From the NCBI GenBank assembly GCA_951406725.2, contig OX597820.1, positions 17,174,001 through 17,238,000 of the forward strand: DNA of 64,000 bases, read 5' to 3'. This stretch comes from Octopus vulgaris. Its lineage: Eukaryota. The notes under the pieces were generated by a model. It was given only the letters and a program-made list of their open reading frames with translations, made no database searches and had not been told where the DNA came from. The position numbers and the translations under genes were made by a program. Below, in pieces: positions 53,074 through 64,000 of the stretch (positions within the stretch are counted from its first letter, which is position 1; each line of letters starts with the position of its first letter).

Positions 53074-53918
53074 GTGAAATGCCAGAGGCCGGATGGTAAA
53101 CGGGCTTTTACAGTCGGCTTTTCGATGCCCCCATTGGCGGCGTTACACTTATCTGGCTTTTAAATAGCGTTTATAAATAATACCGGCACCCATAGCCCTT
53201 GGTAACAAATTCTGAAATAGCCTTTAAGATATCTACGATTAACCACTGCAAGGGGAATTACTCCTGTAAGACAAACGGGGCTTGGTTTTTTCACAGCGGG
53301 GGTTTCCTTGACAAGGCAGGCTTAGATGAACACACACACACATAAAACATGATATATATATATATTTTTTTTTTTTTTTCTGCCACCCAACGGTCATCAC
53401 GGCAGTAGCCACTGACAGCCGAACAATCAAACGCACACACGTACACAAAAAATGTTTTCTACCCCTACGCCAACACACACATATATAGAACAGTATACAC
53501 ACACACACGTCTCTAAGTAGATTTTTCTCGCCCCTTATAAAACATCCAATATTCCTTAAATAGTCAGAACTTTATTCTCGGTCACAAAGAACATCTACGC
53601 CCCCTCACCCACATGATTGACCGATGCCTGACCCGTTGAATTCTTCAGCCACCGGTTCTCAACATGCACTGATAAACAGTTTCGCCATGGGCTCTTAGGA
53701 GCATAGTTCGATTTGTTTTTGCTCCGCCTCTGTTCTGTTTTTGTTTTTCCAACGGATTTCCTATTTTCTTCCTGAAGAGAAAGACACAATATGGTCCCAT
53801 TATTCCATCGGATTTTGGTAATTTGTGCCTTTCGAAACACGTGTAGAATGAAATAAAACGATTTCTGTTCAATCTGCGTTCAGCTCCATTTCTTCAATTC
53901 ACCAAATTTCTTCAATTC

Positions 53919-53922
<4 letters not shown>
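53070..53922 (+). mobile_element. Family H element, single diverged copy with HHR
   Basis: 53500-53900 aligns to 23840-24258; CTGAAGA 53772-78, GAAA 53834-37, cacgtgTA. Flanked by (TA)n. Confidence 0.8.
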
Positions 53923-54003
<81 letters not shown>

Positions 54004-54935
54004 CATATACATATATACGATATATGTATGTGTATATACTTATATATTTATATACACACGCAGACGCACACACACACACGCACACACACACACACACACG
54101 TAATTATTGTACTTTACTCAGACAGAGTTTACGGTAGAAATTACTGCCAAATGTTTACCTCAGCTACGCTAGATTTCCATTCTCGTACAATGAGGTCTAT
54201 AAAGTATCGTTTATACAGACTTGGGCCATGATGTAGAAACGAAACACACACAGAGGTACGTGCATGACGTACTATGTCAAGTAATAGAATTATGTATGTG
54301 TATTATCACACGAGCAAGTATATTTCAGTCTGAGAAATTATTTTCGTCGTTTGACAGTGTATATATGTATGTATTTATGCATACGTATACACACACACAC
54401 ACTTACACAAACACACACACACATATGGACAATAACACAGATGGTTTGAAGTCCGCTATAGCTGTTTCAGACGTGTTCTTCACACACACAAACACACACA
54501 CACACACACACACATATATTATTCGAAGTTTGCTGTATTATATATCCATTAAGACCTATCTCTCCGATAGGTTTCGCACTAAGGGCTCAATGGCGTGTTA
54601 GGTATCAACCCGATTATGTAACCTAGCACTCTTCAGAGATGGCAGTTATATATGAAATATGTCGACTACTCTCTATTGTTTTGAGGTGAACAGACATGTC
54701 CGGTTTGCGGTTGCTGCGAAAGTGGTGATGAAACGAATCGATCAAGGGTTAAGTTGAGAATGACGTGAATAATAGCATTCCAACCGTTCCACTGATACCA
54801 TAGCACTTATATCCTAGGCATTCTACGACGAGTACTACTTTGAAATTTAAGTATTAATTTCTAAGACAGTATGGGTGCGTGCATTTCAGGATTTCGTAAA
54901 AATGTGAGTGACTGCATAGATGCACATATAGCATT

Positions 54936-54968
<33 letters not shown>

Positions 54969-56376
54969 TTTTTCTTTCTATGTTATTAGCTTTCAAATTC
55001 TGCTTAATCTGACTCTGTTTTTTCCATATCTTAATGTGTTATAAAATAAAGTGTAATATAGTAAGATACACCTTACACTATCATATATCATACATGTGCA
55101 TTGTCAAAAAAGGGTTTGAATAACAGTCGACTAGGGGACCACACATTTTAAAATAAAGGGATGTTTCTTAAAAGCCTGAAATATGCTAAATGATGATAAA
55201 ATAGAATTTGTGACATTTCTTTCTTATCCAAGAGTTTGACAAAAGACTAATATTTCTCTGGTGATGCTAACAAGGGATGTGCATCTACATGGTCAGTCTC
55301 CCATTGCAAGCTGTAGTCATCAAATCACTGCTACCCATCTTTAAATAAAGAAAAATACAGAATAAAATTTAATGTACATAAAAAGCGATAATGAATAAAG
55401 AATAACTGTGTAGGTGAGATAAAAAATATTGTTTTAAGTGAATTACTGATTTAGAAAAGAACCGAAGAAAAGAAGAAAGAAAAGAAGAAAGAAACAAATA
55501 AACAAAAAAGAAAGAAAAGAACGACAATGTGGGAAGGGAAGTTTCAAGATAATGGAAGATAAGGATTTATATATATAAGCATATATTACACAAACAAATA
55601 TATTTTCTATACATTTTTAAGCTGGTACCAATTATGTTTCTGTATGGAAGGCAAATTATCAAAACACTTCATCAAAACGCAGTCAGAATACGAACAAATC
55701 TGATACCGTTTATCAGCATTATAGATTTCAGTATCTTTATGTATTTATGCATATCTGTCTTTACCTGTCCGTTTGTTCACACAGCAGCAGTCTAACTCCA
55801 ATCGTATTTGACCCCAATATGGCATAACGACGTAAAAGCACGTCGTACGGCGAGTTTCGTTGAAATAGCTTAATGAGAACAACAATAGGATGTACAAGAA
55901 CCAGCCCTTCATAAACGCACATCACCTACATGTATATACATATACGTACATGTATGTATGAATGCATACACAGATGCATACATACATACATACATACATA
56001 CATACATGTATGTATGTATATATGTATGTATACGAGTGTTGTGTATCTCAAAGTATGCGTGCTTGTCTCCAGTTGTGAATAGATTCATTTCGGCTTGTTC
56101 ATTCATTATCTCATTCTCAGTGAATTGAAACATTTTCGCGGTGATAAAGCCGCTAAATAGTCCAAGATATCGGTTTTATTACGGTCATTTATCTCGCTTA
56201 CACTATGCATCTTCGTTTATTACGTTGGGCGCTCAGGAAATTATTTGGAATTCGATAAGAATGGCAAGATAATAGATAAGATTCGATTCCAAAACATCCA
56301 TACTTTTATAGACGACACTATGGACTAAAATTATTTGAACGTTTGCAATGCATAAATACACATGCGCATATATACG

Positions 56377-56428
<52 letters not shown>

Positions 56429-56579
56429 TATATATATATATATGTATATATACATGCTAAATATATATATTTATATATATATATAATATATATATATATA
56501 CATATATACATATATATATATATATATGTATACATGTGTTTATATATACATATATATATATGTATATGTATATATGTGT

Positions 56580-56692
<113 letters not shown>

Positions 56693-56785
56693 TACATATA
56701 TATATATATATGTATGTATACATGTGTTTATATATTATACATATATATAAATATATATATGTCTAAATATGTACATATATGTACG

Positions 56786-56852
<67 letters not shown>

Positions 56853-57431
56853 GTATATATGTGTGTGTGTGTAAAGAAAATAACCTATCTTGTTTCAACT
56901 TTTATAGATTACTCTGGACTACAAAGGGCAGTCGATAAAATATCGTTTTAAGCGATTTATATATGATGTCACTTAGTACGAATCTGCGTTTTATTTTTAA
57001 GTAGTAACTGTTTTGATTTTATAAAGACGTCATCTAAATATAATGTTTCCGTGTATCTATATAACATATTCGTCATCATATTATCTAAATCTATCAAATG
57101 ACTAAGAGTGTACAGCCCTCTCTCCTACACTTGATTGATGACTTAATATGCCAAGATTTTTCTGATTAAATGTAATTTGCTGTAATTTTCTTAAAACTCC
57201 ATCCAGTTTCTTTATTCAGCTGTAGATATATCTCTATGTAGATATATTTCTATATCTACAGATGCAATATTTGGGAATCGTCAGTGTTGTATCCTGGGTG
57301 ATTAGGTGTTTCGTATCTTACACCATACGCCCACTTCCAGATGACCCAACCAATGCTGCTCAAAACCAGAATTGTCTCCCAGCGTCTTTATGTTGACACC
57401 ACTAATCATAGCTTTTCATTCAGAGCCATAT

Positions 57432-57660
57432 GCGGAGGCGCGTGGTTTAGTGGTTAGGGTATTGAACACATAATAAGTTGTGGTTCGATTCCCGCACTGG
57501 GCGACGGGCTTTGTTCTTGAGCAAAATACTTGCACGCTGTTTCAGTTCACAGCGCTGACAAAATTAAGTAATCCTGCTGTCGACCGGTGTGCCATCTAGC
57601 GGGGAATAAATGCGCCTCGGAAACCATAAGCTTATGAGTCTATATGACTCGAGAGAGAGT
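57432..57660 (+). mobile_element. SINE family D
   Basis: ggaggcgcgtggtttagtggttaggg...ggttcgattccc...tgttcttgagcaaa. Confidence 0.65.
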
Positions 57661-58042
57661 TTTATATCTAGTCAGAGTCATTTAGACTTTCTCAGCGGCA
57701 TCTACGTTGTTTTTAATAGCTTATCTCCTGCTCATATCTATTACGCACTGGTTTTCAAATGTATGACCTGTAAACGGTTTGACCTGTAAACACTCGATGC
57801 CAACCTCTCTTAATAAACATTTCGTTTCTCATCCATTTTCTCGTAGTCCTCCACCATCTGCTGACATGTAGCTCATTTCCTGCATTGTGTCTCCTCCATC
57901 CATCCTCGCTCCAAAGGCACAACTAACTTCTGTAGGATTAAAGGCCTTGTCGACTTGGAAAACAACACGATGGAATAACCCATTGAGTTCAGAATAATCA
58001 ACGAATCTACATTATACTCTACTCTCTCTCTCTATATATATA

Positions 58043-58164
<122 letters not shown>

Positions 58165-58494
58165 AAAAGATTACTAACGGTGATAGTACTACTATCAACA
58201 ATCCCTGCATTTGTCAGTTCGTTTTACATCGACTGCCAGCGTCCGACAAGCCTTCCTGGGTCTAATTTCTTATCGAGACTAATTTCATATGGACTGACCC
58301 CGTATGTTTGGACTGACATACTCTAGAACATTCAACTGAAAGATTTACACATGCTTCAGTTAGGTATCGTTTCTTGTATTGTTTTTCTTTTCTCATCTTG
58401 TTCTTTACTCTAGTTCTTGACAGAGTGTTCACTCGAAACCTCAGTCAATGTTTTTCTCCTTTCCGGCGCACCATTCACTGTGCACAACTTGTAT

Positions 58495-58715
58495 TACATT
58501 GGCAGAAGCGTTGACACGCCGAAAAATGAGTGCTTAGTGGCATTTATTCCAGCTCTTTACGTACTAGGTTCAAATTGCACCAAGATCGACTTCGCCTCTC
58601 CGCCTTTCGGAGTCGAGAAAATAAATACCAGCAGAACACTGAGGTCGATGTAATCGACTTGTGCTCCCTCACACAAAATTTCAGGCCCTGTGGTAGTATT
58701 GGAACCGACTTTTAG
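58495..58715 (+). mobile_element. SINE family B, decayed
   Basis: ggcagaagcgttg..ggttcaaatt..gtcgatgtaatcgactt. Confidence 0.6.
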
Positions 58716-58813
58716 TATTATGTGTGCGTGTGTTTTCAATCTGTCCATCATCAGTTTCCTAAACTTTGTTTACCTGTGTGTGTTGTGTGTGTGTGTGTGT
58801 GTGTGCGTAAACT

Positions 58814-58860
<47 letters not shown>

Positions 58861-58950
58861 GTATGTATATGTATATGTATCTATGTGTGTGTATATATAT
58901 ATATATATATACACACACATATGTATATATATGTACATATATATGTGTGC

Positions 58951-58995
<45 letters not shown>

Positions 58996-59671
58996 AAAAA
59001 TGAATTAACCTTATTTTCATCTAGTTTGTTTACTTGAAACTATTGAAACTTGGAATCTAAATAATTTTATTTAATTTACAAAATTAAATGTTGCTATTTT
59101 TGATTTTGCATTTTGATTTTCAAAACGTTGCCTTCGAAATGAAACACAGCGCCACCTACGGATTATCAAATAAAAGGAATTGAAATAAACAGCAAAGCAG
59201 AAAAGCAATTTCATTAAAAATACTGGGTGCTGTAATAATTAGTTATTCGTGGAAAGAAGCGTGCTTTGTAATCACGTGGTTACAGCTCCAGTCCCACTGA
59301 ACACTATCTGCGGCGGCGTCTCTTGCTCAAGTCCCAAACCAACCGGTGTCTTGTGAGTGAATTTTGTTGGCGGAAATTTTGTCGAAGCCCGCATTCTGCA
59401 TGTGTGTGTGTGTGTGTGCGCGCGCGTGCGTGCGCATGCGTTCATTTTTGTATTTGTTTCCTCGATACTGCTTAAGAACCGGTGCTGGTTTGCTTGCGTC
59501 CCCATAACATAGCGGTCCGGAAAAAAGTAGCCAATAGATGTACGAGACTTCAAAATAAATAAATAAATTTATATAAATATATTATATTTATATAATATAT
59601 AATATATTTATTTAATATATAATATAATTATTTATATAAATAATATATATATATATAAAATATAGATGTAT

Positions 59672-59753
<82 letters not shown>

Positions 59754-59911
59754 ATTCGACTAAAAGTCCTTTAAGAATATGTTCGACTGAAACCCTTTAA
59801 AGCGGTGCCCAAGCATGGTCGCTGTCCAATGACTGAAACAAGGGAAAGATAAAAAAAGAATATAGATATAGATAAACATTGGTGTGAAGTATGAAAAGAG
59901 TTCTTTAAACC

Positions 59912-60076
59912 ATAGGTACAGGCGTGGCTGTGTGATAAGAAGTTTGCTTCTCAACTACATGGTTCCGGGTTCATTCCCACAGCGTGACACATTAGGCATG
60001 TGTCTTCTATTATACCGCCGGGCCAACCAAAGCCTTGTGAGGGGATTTGGGTGACAAAAACTGAAAGAAGTCCGTC

Positions 60077-60122
<46 letters not shown>

Positions 60123-60700
60123 TTAAAAAAAGGGAGATGTCGAACACGAGTGGTGATATATAAAAAAGGAAATGAAGAAAATGCTGACAAATAATTGAAG
60201 TAATTTAAGTAATTTAATTAGGTGAAAGTTCTTTTTGTTGCGCATTTGTTATGCTTATCAAAATATCATATTTTGATAAGCATAACAAATGCGCAATAAA
60301 AAGAACTTTCACCTAATTAAATTACTTAAATTACTTCAATTATTTGTCAGCATTTTCTTCATTTCCTTTTTTATATATATACATATATATATATATACAC
60401 ATATATATATGTATATATATATGTATATATATAAAAATGTATACACACACACATACATATCAATATATATATACATCAATGTATGTGTGTCTTTGTGCCT
60501 GTGATTCCCCCTACCGCTCGACAACAGGAACTGGTATATTTACGTCTCCGTAATCTAGCGGTTTGGCCTAAAAGACTGTAAAAATAAGTATCGGGTTAAA
60601 AAAAAAACATAAGTACTGGTGCCGATGCATTCGACTAAAAGTCCTTCAAAACAGTGCTCCAGCATGGCCGCAGCCTAATGACTGGAACAAGTGAAAAGGG
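59912..60700 (+). mobile_element. SINE family A interrupted in its (TA)n by a palindromic insertion
   Basis: Head 59912-60080; tail 60480-60700. Confidence 0.75.
60156..60378. repeat. 223-bp near-perfect palindrome centred on 60267
   Basis: 111-bp arms, 1-nt loop, one mismatch. Confidence 0.92.
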
Positions 60701-60824
60701 GGAAAACAGGAAACCTGATGTCAAATATTTCATTCGATTATGTGACTGAATTTTGATTGGTGAACATCGAATGTAGACTGCACCACTTTCTTGATTCGTT
60801 CATTTCTATTGCTCTTTCATTTAC

Positions 60825-61200
60825 ATGGAAGCGCAATGACCAAGTGGTTAAAGTAGCGGACTCACGATCATAGGACCGCGGTTTCGATTCCCAGACTGGA
60901 CGTTGCGAGTGTTTATTGAGCGAAAACACCACGAGGCTCCGGCAGGGGTGGTGGTGAACCTTGTTGTATTCTTTGACCACAATATTCCCTCACTCTTTCT
61001 CCCTGTTTCTGATGTTTTTGTATTTCAAACGGCCAGCCTTGTCTCACTCTGCGTCACGCTGAATCTCCCCAAGAACTACGTTAAGGGTACACGTGTCTGT
61101 GAAGAGCTCAGCCACTTGCACGTTAATTTCACGAGCAGGCTGTTCCGTTGATCGGATCAACTGGAAACCTCATCGTCGAAACCGACGGAGTGCTACGACA
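60825..61200 (+). mobile_element. SINE family C
   Basis: atggaagcgcaatgaccaagtggtt..gtttcgattcccagac..accgacggagtgc. Confidence 0.8.
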
Positions 61201-61554
61201 TTTACATGATGCCACTTGGCTATTGTGGACATGTTGGAATGATTTCTCAATAGATAAGACAAGGGGTTATGAAACATTTTAGCAGAGCCATTCTAGAGTC
61301 GCTTATTTGGAGAAGCTGATTTGACCCCGACATATTTGACATGACATTTTTCTGCTACCCTTGTTTTAATGTTTCTCTCGCCCCTCCCTCCTCTCTCTCC
61401 CTTCCATTTTTCTCTCTCCCCTTCTCTCTTTTTCTCCCTCATGATATGCAAGTAAATATACGAGTATATATACATAAAACAAAACATATACATTTGCACA
61501 TGCTCTCATCACAAATACTTGCTCATGTACGCATATGCATGTACAACTACTCTT

Positions 61555-61652
61555 GAATTTTGTTGAAATTCCAATGAAGATCCTTGAATCTAGATTAAAA
61601 ACTGCCTCTTTTTCCATTGTCAAGGAATCTTGTAATATAATGAAATAATGAC
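61555..61652 (+). mobile_element. Isolated 3'UTR copy of the RLE LINE
   Basis: tgttgaaattccaatgaag..ccttgaatctag.tta..aatcttg matches 14195-14280. Confidence 0.65.
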
Positions 61653-61693
61653 ACACAAACACCCATGCGCGCACACACACACATGTATACATA

Positions 61694-61734
<41 letters not shown>

Positions 61735-61738
<4 letters not shown>

Positions 61739-62061
61739 ACCCCCTTCGGTCATGAATGACCATGGGATTGCACCTAGAAAGTTACCCTCCTAGACACAAG
61801 TCCGGGCAAGGTTGTTTATGGAAGACCAGCAGTCGCCCATGCATACCAGCCTCCCCTCTCCACGCCACCGATGTTATCCAAGGGAAAGGCAAAGGGGCCG
61901 ATACAGCCTGGTACCTGTGACGTCGCAGCTCATTTCTACAGCTGAGTGAACTGGAGCAACGTGAAATAAAGTGCTTTGCTCAAGTACACAACACGCAGCC
62001 CGGTCCGGGATTCGAGCTCACAACCTCACGATCGTAAGCTCGACGCTCTAACCACTGAGCC
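61735..62061 (-). mobile_element. tRNA-derived SINE, well preserved
   Basis: Minus strand ggctcagtggttagagcgtc..gagctcgaatccc..tgtgtacttgagcaaagcac..cactcagctg; flanked by (TA)n. Confidence 0.8.
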
Positions 62062-62261
62062 ATATATATATATTACAACAAAAATGTAAATGTTGGACAT
62101 ATAGTTACCAAAGGTTTCGTATCCACAAGACAAAGTCAAAGCCTTGTGAACAGAGATAAAAAATAATATTTTCTACGTCGTGGACGTGAGGAAATGAAAC
62201 CTTTGGTAAATCTATGTCCGAAATTTAAATCTTTGCTGTTAATAATTACTGCTCTATTCTT

Positions 62262-62495
62262 TAGGGTGTGTTTTTTCTGATACATGTGTTATTGAGTGAC
62301 CGCGTGTGTACCGTTGGCAATTTTTTTTTCCAGCGTCTTCCTTTCTTTGGATCTTTCCTTTTCCTATGTTTCTGACGAAGAGCTCCGCTCGAAACGTTAA
62401 ATGCTCCTTCTTTCCTTCTTTCCTGAGCGTCCAATAATACTATACTTGTTGCACGTCCTTGCGTTGTTGTGTTTTCTCTTTGTGTTTTCATGTTT
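62262..62495 (+). mobile_element. Family F element with canonical minimal HHR
   Basis: ttt-CTGACGA(62372-78)-a-gagc tcc gctc-GAAA(62391-94)-cg-TT-aaa. Confidence 0.7.
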
Positions 62496-62660
62496 GAGCA
62501 TTTATAAAAAAATAAAAGACGAAGATGGGTGTGTAACAACAAACAGATGTATTAGTTTAATGCCCAGGAAGTGAGAAACTATTTTACGTTTCGAGCCTAC
62601 GCTGTTCAGCAGAAAGGCTCGCAGAAATAAACAGAGAGAAAAGAGATGACTTAAATGAAT
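62496..62660 (-). mobile_element. Family E element with minimal HHR
   Basis: Minus strand cttt-CTGCTGA(62612-06)-acagcgtaggctc-GAAA-cg-TA-aaa. Confidence 0.65.
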
Positions 62661-62779
62661 TATGTAACATAAAGTAGCGTTAGCATGGGAGGACGACTGA
62701 AGGAGAAAGTGGTCGATGGTGTGTATTTTGGAGAGATTAGAACGAATGGTGACACGCATATTATATATATAAATAAATG

Positions 62780-62985
62780 TTCCTTCTCGAACCATGCCAG
62801 GCTCATAAGGGCCAGTTTCCCGGTTTCAGTGGCGTAGAAATTCCCCACTTGGACGGGACGCCGGTCCGTCGTAGAATTACTCATGAGAGCAACGTGAACA
62901 CAATGCATCGCCCAGTCTAGATATCGAAACCACAACCTTACGATCATGAGTTCAACACCCTAACCACTAAGCCACGCGCCCCCAC
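62780..62985 (-). mobile_element. tRNA-derived SINE, family D-like head
   Basis: Minus strand ggcgcgtggcttagtggttagggtgttg..gtttcgat. Confidence 0.65.
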
Positions 62986-63031
62986 ATTATATACACACAC
63001 ACACACACATATATATTTATTTATATATCTA

Positions 63032-63223
<192 letters not shown>

Positions 63224-64000
63224 TCACTTCCTAGCTGATGTAGAAATTCCAATGAATGAGCATTGTTAGCAGTGTAGAAACCCAGCTTTTCTCTTTTGGC
63301 ATGAATTTTGGAAAATATGAGCTGAACACACATGCATACAAACATTAATACGTGCATACAATCCTACATACATTCATAAATACAAGCATGCATATATTAA
63401 ATACATACGTTATCTAGTTTTGCATACGCTTAAACTAACGTTGCATACGTTCTATAAAGTTTCTTAAATTTTATCCCTATTATCCATTACGAAACGAAAC
63501 ACATTAACTGCGTTGGTCACGAAGGACAGTATTCGACATATTCACAGTAATAAAGTTCGTTTTATCCAACGGATTAAAACCTTATTCATCGTTTCATTGA
63601 AGGACACCAAAGCTAACATATTCTAGATAATGCTTCACCATTGATATCAGTGATTGCGTTTAACCAAAAGCCCTTTTAATATCTTAAAATCATTTTGTAT
63701 TTATGAAGCGAGTAAACTTCGTAACACATTTGCATATTATTTAAATTAGTGCGGATAATCACTTCAAGAAGAATATTTCAACATGTGATAATAGCCCACA
63801 GTCAACAGGGGAGGGAGTGATTCTACGTACTCGAAATAACAGCCAAATTTTCCTTAAATTACGCTGCAACGTCTAAAAATGCAGGAGACGGTACAGGAAT
63901 ATTACAACTGGTGTGCTGGATCAGTGCTGATGTGAATTTAAGCAACAATAACTGGTATTAATTATATAAGAAATTAAAAAAGGAAAATAAACTCACTTTA

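Noticed and set aside
58412-58445. ttgaca-gagt/actc-GAAAC
   Set aside because: Core incomplete and stems I and III absent; at most a decayed E/F relative.
61985-62061. tRNA-like sequences as tRNA genes (also 51100, 29228, 57432)
   Set aside because: They run into SINE bodies and lack complete cloverleafs; these are SINE heads.

Overview
AT-rich, microsatellite-saturated eukaryotic DNA with no supportable host gene. The SINE families and repeat make-up suggest an octopus genome (inference). Most ORFs in the track are translations of microsatellites. The main feature is a young, 5'-truncated Penelope-like retroelement (PLE; RT + Cys linker + GIY-YIG endonuclease, ~41344-43341). It sits in a ~7.5 kb fold-back with near-identical 3.3 kb arms (38020-41343 / 42195-45498), and each arm ends in a minimal hammerhead ribozyme (HHR). 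Around it, about seven sequence-distinct short non-coding elements each carry a type I hammerhead core (C/U-UGANGA...GAAA-palindrome-UH). Most sit in (TA)n, several are fold-backs with the 3' ends pointing outward, and one family joins a tRNA-type Pol III head to a hammerhead. This looks like a community of non-autonomous, ribozyme-bearing, PLE-mobilised mini-elements. Also present: decayed RLE-type (R4/Dong-like) LINEs, many tRNA-derived SINEs, a non-autonomous Helitron, a DINE/HINE-like element and a mariner remnant. All structures were read by eye; no folding or database searches were run.
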